42,244 nucleotides of DNA from the NCBI RefSeq assembly GCF_001194135.2, contig NC_068997.1:29521505-29563748 (forward strand). The letters run 5' to 3'. A program made the position numbers and the translations under genes. Under the pieces are notes generated by a model. The model searched no databases. It was not told the DNA's origin and saw only the letters and a list, made by a program, of their open reading frames with translations. This DNA is from Octopus bimaculoides. Its lineage: Eukaryota. Shown in pieces: positions 22,921 to 36,215 of this stretch (the stretch's first letter is position 1; the number at the start of each line of letters is the position of its first letter).

Positions 22921-25900
22921 GTTCTTGCATTGGCACTTTAGGCAGTAGTAACATTCATTGCTGTCCTGCATGAAGAAAAGCTCAGCAGCTCAACTGCTTG
23001 GTGAGCAAATACATGGAATAAAGTAACTTAGTTGAAAAAGTAAGAGATGTTGCCAGAAAGGGTATCCAGCTATAGAAGACTTTCTCAAGAAGTCTTGTCC
23101 AATATAGACCAGCATGGAAAAGTGGGCATGAAAATTTTATCAGTCTGGTAGCAATAAATGATTTTTTCATAAGGCAGAAAGAAATATAAAGTTGAAATGA
23201 GAAATTCTGAGAAGGATATTAGTGTTTTAATGGAAATTAGAACCAGGCTAAGATCTCCTTTTGTTGTTTTTTGGCCAAGATCTCATTAATTTCAACGAAG
23301 TATACATCTCACAAATTCTTACATATGCACACTTGGCTGTGTGGTGAAGAAGCTTGCTTCTCAGCCATTTAGTGTTGGCTTCAGTCCTGCTGTGCAGCAT
23401 CTTGGGCAAGAGTCTGCTACTAAGGCCCTGAGCCAACCAAAGCCTTGGGAGTTGATTTGGTAGACGGACACTAAGAGAAGCCTGTTGTATATGTGTGTGT
23501 GTGTGTCCTTGACATGGCATAGTAGTTGTAAATAAGTCTCACAGTTATACAAGCATTGACATTCATTTTCAATATCCTGTGAAAGCATGTCTGGCCACAA
23601 AGCACTCAGACAGAAAATCTGCCTCAACAAATTCATTTGATGCATGCAAATATGTTTATGTTTGCATGTGAAGAACAGAACCACATCAATGTAATTTTCT
23701 TATCATAAATCCATTTATGAGAATGATTGTGAAAATGTAATTAAAAAATCTAAGACAGGTCAACCGTATATTATTTTAAGTTAATCAAATATCAATTTTA
23801 TTTTCTCTCTCCAGTTCCCAGTCTTCCCTAACCCTTTAATCTCCAGGTTGCCAGCAATAAACAACAAACAATCATGAAAAACATTTTCAGAATAACATGG
23901 CAGAAGTTCAATATATATATTTTTTTTCCTTCATGATTAGTTTTGACTGTTAGAATGATTGGCGAAGTATAAACACTTACATCATACACATTATATATCA
24001 GGCATGCAAGATTGGTGTGTTTGTGTGTAATTCCTGATATGCTTTTTATCACATAGCATTGGTTTGGACATTTGCCATTCAATAATGCCACTCTGTACAA
24101 TAAACAATAGTAAATAGACAAAATGGCAATGATAGATTTCTATGATTTCAAAGATATTTTTAGCAAAATACTGGCTAAATCAAATAACTGCAGTAAATAA
24201 ATAATCTCCAATTGAGAAAATAAATTCGACCAGAATCAATACAATTAAATAGACAAAAATAAATGATTCTAGAATGGAAGAAATCTCTTTTGAAGATATC
24301 AGATTTGTAAAGTTAAGGAAAGGGATGTTGAAATATTCAAGCTTTTATTCATGACATTCCATGACGTTAACGGAGGAAATGTCTTAAAAACCAAAATCAA
24401 ATCCAGACCACAGACTCCCATTGCTGTTACCTTAATTCTCATTTTGCTTGTTTTTACCACTGTATTTTCTTTAATAACAGAATCTGCCAACATTTTTTAA
24501 AGTTTTCTTTATTGACACAGGCATGGCATCTTGAGTGGGTCTTCTACTATAGCCTCAAGCCCTGAGAGTTAATTTGATAGGTACAGTATTTTATTGACCC
24601 TAGACAGATGAATGATTAAAATGACCGTAGCAGGATTTGAAATCAGAATGTAAAAAGCCAGAATAAATACTGCAAGACATTTTTCCTGATGCCTTAATGC
24701 TTCCACCAATTCAAGTCCTTTTTAAAACTAATAATTCCATTTCTCACATTGACAGATGAACAGTCATTAATAAGAGTGCATGCCATGAACATTTTATCAG
24801 CCCTAATGAAATGAGATGTAAAACGTAGCCCAATTGGAATTGAAACAGAGAACTAGACAGATGAAATTCTAAGTGCAGGTATAACAACACTGATGTTGAT
24901 CTATTTCAGCACCAGGCCACAAATTTGTATAAAATAGAACAATCAATGAAATCAGCCAACACTTACCTACACTTAAAAAATGAATCCTAACAGGAATTGG
25001 AACCAGAATATAATAGCAGGACAAAACTAAATGCTGGGCAACCAGGAAGCTAACAATGTACAGAGCCAAAAGATAACATCTAACCAAACTCCCAATTATG
25101 GTATTATGGTAATCAAAGACAGCAAAACCTGTTCAGATTAACATGTTGATTCCCTCCAAACAAGTACCAAAATTCAAAATGGATCAAAATGTGAGATATG
25201 AGAGTGAAAAATAAAGAACCAGTAAAGTGATTGTTGCACTGAACAGAAGATGCTATCAATTTGGTGAAACAACAGGCACGGCCTGTAGTGTGGTCTGATG
25301 TATTTACAGGTCAAGGAATAGTTTTCAAAACAAACATTAAAACACTAGAACTAAACCTGAACTAATATGGAAACTTCTGAGTGATTGCTTGACCTGCTAG
25401 AAAGAGGGTGTAATATCAGACATTTAGCTGTTATCTTAAATGAAGGACACATGGAATACAAAAAGACAGGATCTGGAATGCTTGTGATCATGCATCAGTT
25501 TAATGAAGACCGACTTATTACTAAAGATCAATACGTGTCCCACAACACAAAAAATGTGTGGCTAACACCTTTCCCTCCACCCTCAAAAGACAATATGGCA
25601 CTTAAGGAACACAAACTCCATTGCCTGGTGCAGTGGAAAAGTCACATAAAACTACTGTAAACAAATTATTTCTGCTGAAGACACAAAACACCAGGTGATT
25701 TAATCAACTGAACTATTTGGCAGGTATTTATGGTAATCATCCTGGAAGGATGGAAAGCCTGAAAGCAACCTTGGGACTTCAACAGGCTGCAAAGGAATAC
25801 AGCAAATATGACAAGGTTTTTCTTTTTTTTTTAAACTGTTGCTCAAGAAATTCTGCCATTCCACCACTTTCAAAGCAAAGACACATTTCACAATATATTC

Positions 25901-25994
25901 TTTTATTAAAGATTCTACTATTGGAAGTAGAAACCCTATTGAGTCAAATACAACAACATCAAAATGAAATCAAATCACAATCAAATGGAAATTG

Positions 25995-26403
25995 TAGTTG
26001 TGGTCCCCGTGCCGGTGGCACGTAAAAAGCACCATCCAAATATGGTCAATACCAGTCCCCTCGCTCCGACTGGCTTCTGTGCTGGTGGCACATAAAAAGC
26101 ACCATCCGAATGCGGCCAAAGCCAGCACTGCTTTGATAGGCTCCCGTGCCGGTAGCACGTAAAAAGCACCATCCGATCGTGGTCAATACCAACCCCCTCT
26201 GGCCCCTGTGCCGGTGGCATGTAAAAAGCACCCACTACAACTCTCGGAGTGGTTGGCATTAGGAAGGGCATCCAGCTGTAGAAACATTGCCAGATCAGAC
26301 TGGAGTCTTGTGCAGCCTCCTGTCTTCCCAGACCCCAGTCGAACCGTCCAACCCATGCGAGCATGGAAAATGGACATTAAACGATGATGATAATGATGAT
26401 GAC
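25995..26403 (+). mobile_element. RTE-type 3' tail with four tandem hairpin units
   Basis: Same tail as the LINE at 3342, ending in (GAT)n, with repeated gtgccggtggcacgtaaaaagcacc units. Confidence 0.75.
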
Positions 26404-27807
26404 TGAGGTTATTGGAAACTGATTCTTTCACTCGATCATCTGAAGATTATTTTAATATATTCTATCAACATCATACTCTGAATTGGTAAAATTAAGATTG
26501 ATATAATTGGTCTGACATTTTATTTGTTTATTTACTCATTCTCATTTGGAAACTTCAAAAACACAAACATTTCAGGAGTAATTATTCAAAGATTTTTTTT
26601 TGTTTTTTTTTTCATCATATTAGCAGATTGTTACTTTTTACTACATTCAGTAATTACAAAACTGCTCAACATTTGTGTCAGATCCTATCACAACAAATAG
26701 GAAAATTTAGAAGAATGAAGGGAGCTCATTTAATATGGTAATTTAGAAAATACATATCTAACAATTTCAATTTTCATTCAGTTTTTTAAATGGCAACAGA
26801 GAGAAAAGACAGCAGAATATAAAATATACTAGGAGTAAATTCTATACAATAAAGAGACTATATTCTATACTATCTTTAACTGCGCACTACTTTCAAAGTA
26901 TACAACACACCACTGGTTCCCAGACTTATTTTATAGCAAAACTCTAATGCAATTTCTGAAAGTGATAGAATCCATATCGATATGTTAGACAACCTCTGCC
27001 ACTTCATTTTAATAAAACATTAAATAAAAGAAATTGGTTTAGAGAGAGAATTTATTCATATAAAAGGTATTTTTGAAGATAATGAATTAAGTCCCAATCG
27101 AGAACTGGGGTCAATGTAATCAAATATCCCCTCCCCCCAAATTTCAGGCTTTGTGCTTGTAGTAGAAAAAAAATGTCATAATTCAAAGGTATGGTAAACT
27201 TAGCGCAACTGATCATGCAAAATGGCTAAAATTGCAATGCAACAAGGCTTCTCTTTGCAAAGATCTATAATCACAAATATAGAGCCTAAAAATGATGAAT
27301 TCCATAATCCTGCAGACAACAATTTTATACAAGAGTCTACTAAAATCTCCAACAGTTTGTTAGTTTATTTTTGGAACAAAACAAACAAATTCAGTCCAAT
27401 ATGATCAGAAAGATCAATAAACAGATGTGTATAAGTATGTGAAGGTGATAGCTAGTGGTTCCAATAGGAATATTTTAGTCCAGCTTAAAAGAAATTCCAA
27501 AAATACGTCAAGATTAAATTTAATTATTTTTAAATAATTAGTAATGAAAACAGAATGTTTGTCGGTCTACATATTCCTAAATATCTGAGAAGTATTCTAA
27601 ACTAGAAAATAAATAGCTTTATGTATATTAATTGGTCATACAAACCTGGACAGCCATTATCATAGTGAAGCTGTATCGATCACATTAAATTGGAATATAA
27701 AAGATGTGATTAGAATGGTAAATACCCAAAAACTAATAATAATCACAAAAATATTCCACAGTTGTAAACACTTATGACAGAAATTCTTTAAAATCAGTAA
27801 ATATTAC

Positions 27808-27828
27808 CTTCTGCTTCACTGACGCCAT
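27808..27828 (-). CDS. Candidate coding end of an alternative first exon of spire (MASVKQK)
   Basis: gggATGG start, AAG|GTAATA donor in phase 0, compatible with the WH2-D exon. Preceded by a pyrimidine-rich, UTR-like tract. Confidence 0.3.
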
Positions 27829-28616
27829 CCCAATGATATCCAGCACATTACATCAGATGTCAAAAAAATGAATGATAAAAATATATATAAAAAGAAGAGA
27901 GAGAGAGAGAGAGACGATTGTTGTGATAGAACAGCTTCTACAGTGAGTTCTGTTAGTGAACATGAGAAGAACTGTTTACCTGAAATGGTGGAATGTAGTT
28001 AGTTTCTATGGATACATACATACATACATTGAAGCCAGGGCACTTTAATTGTGTAAATGACAAGATGCTATCAGCTCTCTATATTGGTAAATGTGGACAA
28101 ACACACGAACACACAACACATGCTGGTTTCAACAATAGGCAAAGAAGATTAGCTTTAAAATAGATTAATATAAAACAGTGGCTTTCATTTGAAAAGAAAC
28201 CAAAAAATACTGAAGAAGCAACTTACTTCAATCATAAACTACTGAAGCTAAATTTAGTCAATGGAATCAGACACAATAGCAGAGAATAGCTTTAGCCCTT
28301 TTGATAGCAACCTCATAACAGAACCTTGGTTCTATTACAAAAATTCCATTTTAAAGTGCTCTAATTTGAAAACAACAAAATTTCATATTAATTTATGTTC
28401 CAAACACAAGATTAATAATGACAAGGTTATTTGACTAAATCCTTCATTAATTGAAATAAAAGCCATGTATTTCAAGAGAAACCTAACAAAAATATCAACA
28501 GTTAAACTGGTCAATGAACATTTCTTCCAAAAAGACGAAAGAATCTAACTGTAGTTTATTTTATTAACAGGACACTTTAAAATAATTACAACATTAAACA
28601 CTAACAGAAATTTTAC

Positions 28617-28642
28617 CTCGATAGATACAGAAGAAAATTCAT
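28617..28642 (-). other. Candidate 26-nt exon within the large spire intron
   Basis: Strong acceptor (ctctctctttctctctctcAG) and GAG|GTAAAA donor. Length is not a multiple of 3. Confidence 0.3.
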
Positions 28643-28728
28643 CTGAGAGAGAGAAAGAGAGAGAGTATGTACACTAATATCAAACAGTAAGAATGAGTAA
28701 TCAACACCACATTGGTGGATAAATATTT

Positions 28729-28924
28729 TTTATTTGAGGGTCATCAAGGCAGCCAGTGGTTTCATGTGAAACAATCTTCACAATTGTTCAAGCATACCAC
28801 ATGAAAATGACGGTATTCTCATCCAAAATGGAGAGGAGTTCCAAGACTTCCATGTGGCACACTTGAACATTTGTGAAGATTGTTCACATGAAACCACTGG
28901 TTGCCTTGATAACCCTCAAATAAA
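28729..28924. mobile_element. Foldback/MITE with ~78-bp inverted arms
   Basis: tttatttgagggtcatcaaggcagccagtggtttcatgtg... pairs with ...cacatgaaaccactggttgccttgataaccctcaaataaa. Spacer ~40 bp. Confidence 0.75.
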
Positions 28925-28960
<36 letters not shown>

Positions 28961-29464
28961 ACAAGTTAGTCACTTGAGATTTTAATTGACTACATAACTT
29001 GAACAATAACTATCAGATGCCAGAAAATGAAGAAATGCAAGAGAGTCAAGTTGAAGAGCATGTAATAAGGAAATGGAGGAAATCAACTAAAGAAAAACAA
29101 ATCTATTGTTTGAATTGAGAGCCACTTATGTTTAGTGTTCAAACTATTTTTTGATTGAGAAACACAATATTGTTGAAACTGGTTATGCAATGGCTTTCTA
29201 AAGCAGAGCTTTACAAATCAATCTAAAAAGATACTTTCAATGAACAACTGCTAGCAGAGAGATTATTTTAACAATGATCACTGGCCTGATCAATCATTTA
29301 CATAGTTTTTAAAAATAGGTTTTAATATGAGGAAACATGACAATAATAGATTTGTACTCAATAATTGACTGGTTCTCCATTGCTACTCCAGCAGATATCG
29401 AAAGTAAAAGAAAAAATATAATTTCTTAAACTTGTGCTTGATTTAACTGACATTTTGTCTTTAA

Positions 29465-29782
29465 CCCTTTCGTTACTGTATTTCTGTTGAGATGCTCTGT
29501 GTTTCTTTCAATTAATTTTAAATATAACAAAGAATTTAGTAAAATAACTTAGTTGTCAATAAGCTAGTGTTAGGAACACAAATTGTGACTAAGGTTTGGT
29601 GGAAGACTTTCATTCAAAACTTATGAAAACAAGACATTTATACTACAGAGCCAGANNNNNNNNNNTTAGGAACACAAATTGTGACTAAGGTTTGGTGGAA
29701 GACTTTCATTCAAAACTTATGAAAACAAGACATTTATACTACAGAGCCAGAACCAGTTTCAGTCGGGTTGGTAATGAAAGGG
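29465..29782 (-). mobile_element. piggyBac-type MITE, copy 2 (internal segment duplicated across a 10-N gap)
   Basis: TTAA flanks, CCCTTTCG...GAAAGGG termini, reverse orientation to copy 1. Confidence 0.78.
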
Positions 29783-30589
29783 TTAATGTCTTGAGCTTTT
29801 GTAAATGCTTGGGGGGGGGGGGGTGAAACCCCAAGACAAATCACATAACATGCATACAATGAAATATTGTTAGATTTTAGTTTCACTTCAGAAAAATGTA
29901 TAACTTTAGGATTTTACAAATTTTTCATCTCAAAGTCATAGGCTATCTCCACCGTTATTGACATCAGGTCAATGTTTCCAGTCAAGCTTAATTTTAGACA
30001 AGATCAATATATAAAAACCATCACTTCTATCATGCAATAAGAAAAATAAATTCATACTATGCTACACCTTTGCATAATTTTACTCTAAGTCAGAAACATA
30101 AAATTAAAATTAAAAACATTACTATTAATTTACAGATTGATATAATCTTTACATAAAAATAATATATTTCTAAATCTTTCAGAGAGGTACTTCTTGGGGC
30201 TAAATAGCAGTAGTATTATTCCCTTTCATGGGACTGTCACATTGACAACATACCACCACATAATCTTTACAGTTTTAAGAAATTCTTTCTTTTCCCCTGT
30301 ATCTCTCTCTCTCTCTCTCTCTCTGCAATCCTTGTAAATAAAAGCATTCATGGTAGGTTGTTTTCTATATATACATGGAATCATCAATATTTAGTGTTAC
30401 GACAAAAGAAAAAAAATTTTTTGAGTTCTATAGAAATATTTCAATTTCAAAACTAAGTCTTCATATTAAAGACTGATGAACAGGGATCAGAAATTGTTGT
30501 ACGAAGTGAGGATTTTCTAAGTCAGCAGTGAATATAAAGAGATACTATTTTGGGGGCAGAGATATTTTTGAGACAGAGAGAAAGAAATA

Positions 30590-30648
30590 TGGAGAGATAG
30601 AAAGAGAGAGACAGAGATATAGATAGAGAGAGAGATATAAATAAATAA

Positions 30649-30698
<50 letters not shown>

Positions 30699-30994
30699 NN
30701 NNNNNNNNNNNNNNNNNNNNNNNNNNNNNNNNNNNNNNNNNNNNNNNNNNNNNNNNNNNNNNNNNNNNNNNNNNNNNNNNNNNNNNNNNNNNNNNNNNNN
30801 NNNNNNNNNNNNNNNNNNNNNNNNNNNNNNNNNNNNNNNNNNNNNNNNNNNNNNNNNNNNNNNNNNNNNNNNNNNNNNNNNNNNNNNNNNNNNNNNNNNN
30901 NNNNNNNNNNNNNNNNNNNNNNNNNNNNNNNNNNNNNNNNNNNNNNNNNNNNNNNNNNNNNNNNNNNNNNNNNNNNNNNNNNNNNNNNNNNNNN

Positions 30995-31040
<46 letters not shown>
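30590..31040. repeat. (GA)n microsatellite spanning an assembly gap
   Basis: Direct observation. Ns at 30699-30994. Confidence 0.9.
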
Positions 31041-31042
<2 letters not shown>

Positions 31043-32359
31043 AACCACTCCCAATGTGCAAATGGTTTCAAATGAAGATACTTTTGTGCATGAATGTGCA
31101 ATTGTTTGCCAATGTAACTCTTTCCTATTTACTAAAACATTGCAAAATGGCATCTAATTTCAAGGCTTTCCTCTTTGAACAATTAAGATAAAAAAAGTAT
31201 TGGATAAGCACATTCAACTGCGGCACTCCTGCGAGATATCGAATATTGTTTGAGAGGAAAAGAAAAACAGAACCAGTAACAGATTACAATAAGCAGCTTA
31301 AGTTAAAATAATCATCATTTCTTAACAGATACAACACCTCAAACTTTAGGAGAGGAAATAGTGAAATAAATTGACTTCAGTGCTTGGTCGGTGCTTACTT
31401 CATCAGGCAACCCCACTTCAACAACAACAACAACAATAATAATAATATGGAAAATAAAAATATCTAATAACGAATGGAAAACTATTAAAAACAGCTATAA
31501 AACACAAAAAATACATAAGAGCAGAAAAAACTAAGATACAATACACAAGGATAAAATTAGAAAAAGAGTACTAGAGAGGAGACAGGCTAATATTGGTTTC
31601 AAATGTTGGCAGAAGGCTAGCAATTTCAAGGGAGCGGGTAAGTCAATCACATCAACCCAGTATTCAACTGGTACTTATTAACCATGAAAGGATGAAAAGC
31701 AAAGTCAACCTTAGTAGCATTTGAACTCAGAACAAAGTCGGAAAAAATGCTGCTAAGCATTTTCCCCTGCAGATAATGGCAGAAATGTCTTGGAAATTCT
31801 GAATAGTATAGTCCCAGTTACTCTAAGTGTAAATAAAGAGATGTTCATGGACGGAATGCCTTCGATCATGGATTCGCTTAATCAGGGCTAATCTGGGGTA
31901 AAACAACAACAACAACAACCCACACTACACAACACTCAGTCAGACAACACAAACTATACTCTTCCTTAATTGATACCTGACACTTAATTGATACCAATTG
32001 CTACCCAATGATATAACAAGTATTGTTAACCTATCCCTATTGAATTACTGACACTTGAACACACAACACCAATCCCAAAGCATATGGGACAAAAACAAAA
32101 TTCACATTGTACAATGCTCTGCATAACTGACAGAACTCTAAATTAACAACAAATTATAAAGTAAAAATAATAATATTCAAACAATGGTAGATCTTCATAG
32201 ATAATGCAGCACACATGTCACTGATATGGAAGTATGTTCGACGAAACAGGTGAAGCTTGCATAAAACTTGAAAACCTGTTAAATTATGATTGAAGGTGGT
32301 GTTAAAAGATTCTGTTGCTGTGAACGAAGGGTTCACAATAACAGTATTTCATGTCTTAA

Positions 32360-32579
32360 CTCTTTCGTTACCAACCCGGTTGGAACCGGCTCTGGCTCTG
32401 AGTACAAATGTCTTGTTTTCAAAAGTTCTGAATTGAAATCTTCCACCAAACCTTAGTCACAATTTATATTCCTACACAAGCTGAATGATAACGAAGTTAT
32501 TTTCCTAAATTCTTTGTTATATTTAAAAGTAATTGAAAGAAACACAGAGCATCTCAACAGAAATACAGTAACGAAAGGG
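32360..32579 (+). mobile_element. piggyBac-type MITE, copy 3
   Basis: Left TTAA and right CTAA. Internal sequence matches the other copies. Confidence 0.78.
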
Positions 32580-34619
32580 CTAACCTAAATAAATTTTTCT
32601 GTCAAACTCACAGAAACTGAATAGAAGAAAATATAAAATTGATAAAATGTTTTGTCTTTAAATTCTTCTTTTTGGTGATGTGTGATATATTTGGAAAATG
32701 AAAAATACTTTTATTGAATAGAGAAAATATTTAAGTTTATAGATTCTGCTTTTGTTTTTACCCCCTCCCCAGCAATTAACAAGCATTTTATAATTCATCA
32801 TCGTTTCTCCATGACAACAGTGACAATTTAATTATTTTTTTTATGAGGTGGAGATTGTTGACCGAAAGTCAGCTCTACTTCAACAGATTTATTGTTAAAG
32901 GTATTCTAACCATGACCATCCCTTTTGATCAAGACAACAGTGTATATTCTACAAGGAATTTATCTGCTGTTTCTAGCAGAGTGAGTAACCACAGAGGCGC
33001 CATTGTGCTTTTGTATTGTACATTAGAAAATTTAATGGCAATAAAATTCCTTATTTCACATTGCAATCTCTGAGATTTTGTGTCTTAGATATACATTACA
33101 AGCACAAACATAATGTTTACCTTATTCCTAAAACAGTTTGATGAGAATAGGACTAAACAAGATCAATCAACTACTGTATGAAAATCATGTTGAAGCTAAT
33201 GGTTTTACAGTGATTATTTCCTAGATTTAATTAACATAAATTTGAGCACAGAGCAAGTGAAAAATCATGCTGCTCTCTGAAAATCAAGAAAGTGTTTACA
33301 AAAATAAATTTTAAACAACAATGACCATTTCAAGAATTGGTTGCAAATAACTTCAAAGCTGACAATTTCTATATGATTTTTGAGATATGATTAAATCTAA
33401 GACATTAAATGTTAATTCTATCAAGCTTTAATTAATTCTAATTAACCTAGGTTTCTCCAACTAAATTTACATACCTTTAAATGCTGGAAGTTTTATTCTC
33501 ATAAGTTGTTGTAGTAGTAGTAGTAGCAGCAGCAGCAGCAGCATTACTACTACACATCCTACATTTGTAGGAAAGATACAAAATACTAAAATGCAAAAGT
33601 TCTTAGTTTCTAAGAATTATTTCTGAACATTTCCTTTTGAAGTAAAGAGGGAAACGAATTATAGAATCAGACAGCTTCCACTAATCTAAACTGGTTCAGT
33701 TTTAAAAATTATGGAAGGATAGAAAACTATTTCAAAGAAATACCATTTTAAAGAGTTAGCATGAATGGTGCAACATTTTGTTAGAAGAGTGAATCAAACA
33801 GAAAGAATAAAGATTTTAGAATAAAAACACACAATAGGTTAACTGGTGGTAATAATCGTGTTAATAATGGAAGTTTAATAAAGAGGAAAGATATTCTGAC
33901 GGTTTGATTTTAAATTACTTGCAAAATTTAATCCAAAGATAAAATATTAGAAATTTCCATACATAAAGCAATACAAAATGGTCATGAAACAAAGTTAAAA
34001 CTTTATTCTGAAATTTTGGGTGTTACATTTTTGTAAGAAATTGTTTGAATGAAAATAAACTTTGATCAGTGCAAAGTAATTAATTAGAGTGTGGAATGAA
34101 AAGTGCAGAGGGAAATAAAGAATTGTTGGATAAGAAGAAGCTCTGAATTGCAATCAAGGTTAAGCTATCAGTAACATGCTCTACAGAAGAATTATGGTAA
34201 ATGGAAATGAAAGAATAGCATAGAAAAGAGCAGAGTCAGAAACCTCAAGAAAAGCCTCCAAAACTTTCACTTTTGAAGTAAGATTAGGGGAGATACGTTT
34301 CTTTTTAATGGACATTTCTTTTATTTTAGAATCAAAGTAAAATAGCAGCTGACATACAGGACGGAAATGAGGGGGGCGGGAAGGATTTGGAGGGACAGAA
34401 ATATTGTTTCTGATGAATGAAAATAAGAATTTAAAGAATCAAAATTTTAAAAGGATTTTAAGTGGGAAATTGGGATACAAACCATTATTCCCAGAATTTG
34501 TGTTAGATCAAGGGTCAGTTAATATGTTAAAGAGAAGCAAAATAAATAATAATAATTTTTTTTTAGAAAATTAACAAGCAAGAGTGCTGTTAGAAGAAAG
34601 ACAGCTAGCAATCACTTAC

Positions 34620-34706
34620 AGGATGTAGAGGGGGTCTTGATCTTATAAAATCCAGTATCATGGTATGGGCATCATGCTTCACTTTGGGTGGAATGTCTCC
34701 ATTTAC
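34620..34706 (-). CDS. spir: Spire exon, WH2-C ([29 protein letters not shown])
   Basis: Acceptor ttttattcttAG, donor GTaagt, 87 nt, phase 0-0. Near-identical to vertebrate Spire VNGDIPP...[13 protein letters not shown]. Confidence 0.96.
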
Positions 34707-35424
34707 CTAAGAATAAAATGACCAATTATTTATAGGGGCAGTTAGAAGTGCTTTTGTTTCCACGCTTGAGTGAAACAGCTGCCCAACAAAATCAGCCATA
34801 ATGGATTCTAAAGAAAGAAACTGCTTTCTTCACAAAATCCATCAGATCCCATGAGTTTAGTCAATTTCCTGTTTCTTAATGATTTGGACCTTACTAAAAC
34901 CATCATAACTAGAGAGGCCTTAAGTTCTGAAAATTAAGCTAGGCTTTAGAATGTAATGAAAAAAAATACAGTAAGGAAATGACTGAAAATGAAAATGTTT
35001 AAGATATTAATGAGAACAGCAAGCTTACCCCAGAAAACAATTGGAATCAACAACGGAAAGCTGTTTGGAAAAAGCACAAATGAATTCCAAAGTGTTATGT
35101 ATGCATACACACAATAGTTGTACATAAATTGAATGTTTAAGACAGTCTATTGTTACTCTTTAAACTCTTTACACTTGTTTCAGCTTTAAAGCTACGGTCA
35201 TGCTGGGGCACCAATCTTATTATGTTAATTTAAAATTTATATCTTTCTTTTATCTTTTGCTTTTTGCAATCATTGGACTGCAGCCATGCTGGGGTACCTC
35301 TTCGAATGTTTAGTTGAACCAACCAACCCCAGGGCTTATCTTTAAGTCTGGGCCTTATTCTATTGGTCTCTTTTTGTTGAAGCACTAAGTTATAGGGACA
35401 TGGACAAATCAACACCAGCTGTCA

Positions 35425-36215
35425 ACACCAGATTCTTATCCCAAGCCATCAAGAACAAGAGGAAAGACCATGCTATGAAGCTTTTGAACAAACTCAAGCA
35501 TCCCCTCCAACTGAACATGCTTTGGTTTTCCTCAGATGAGAAAAATTTCTGCCAGGATCAGATGGTGATCACACAGAACAACTGCTGGCTTGCCATGTCT
35601 CCAAAACACATGCCAAGAGTGATAAAAATCAAACATCCAGTCAACAACATGGTGTTTGGAGTGATTACAAGTGATGGTGACGTTATGCCTCTATTCATCT
35701 TCCCACATGGCCTCAGACTCAACATGGAGACCTACATCAAGTGCCTAGAGGAGGTAGTGCTGCCCTGGGTCAAGAGGGTAGCTGTTCGAAGACCAACAGG
35801 ATTCTGCACCATGTCACACAAGCAGGAGAACCCAGTCATGGGCTGTCAGACAATTTCTGCAACCACATCACCCCTAACATCTGGTCACCTAACTCCCCAG
35901 ACTGCAACCCCCTTGATTATTATGTGTGGGGTGCAGTTGAGTGAGAGACCAACAAAACTCCTTGTAATACCAAAGATGAACAGAAGATAAGATTGCATTC
36001 ACCACAGTAAACAAGGAGACCCTCTAGAAGAGTTGCAGGAGATTCCGAAGTCATCTGGAGGCCGTGGTTGAAGCCAATGGCGATTTTATTGAATAAATTT
36101 ACTCCTTAGTATTTCAAAATATTTTTATGTAATTTTGGTAAATATATCTGTTCAAATGAGATGTCAGTGTTATTTTCGTTTTTGCATAATTTAGATCACA
36201 GTTTATTCACTGCAC

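Noticed and set aside
26009-26232. CRISPR array
   Set aside because: Eukaryotic context, no cas genes, spacers 1 and 3 are related, and the unit recurs in RTE tails elsewhere in the window.
29570-29750. Tandem duplication inside the MITE
   Set aside because: Identical ~85-bp segments sit either side of a 10-N gap and the other copies lack it. Most likely a contig-overlap artefact.
30465-30495. Other CTGATGA motifs (also ~34411 and ~38258)
   Set aside because: No stem II followed by GAAA, so not hammerheads.
33121-33127. 7-nt microexon AG|GAATAAG|GT on the minus strand
   Set aside because: Gives an immediate TAA in phase 0, and such short matches are expected by chance in a 24-kb intron.
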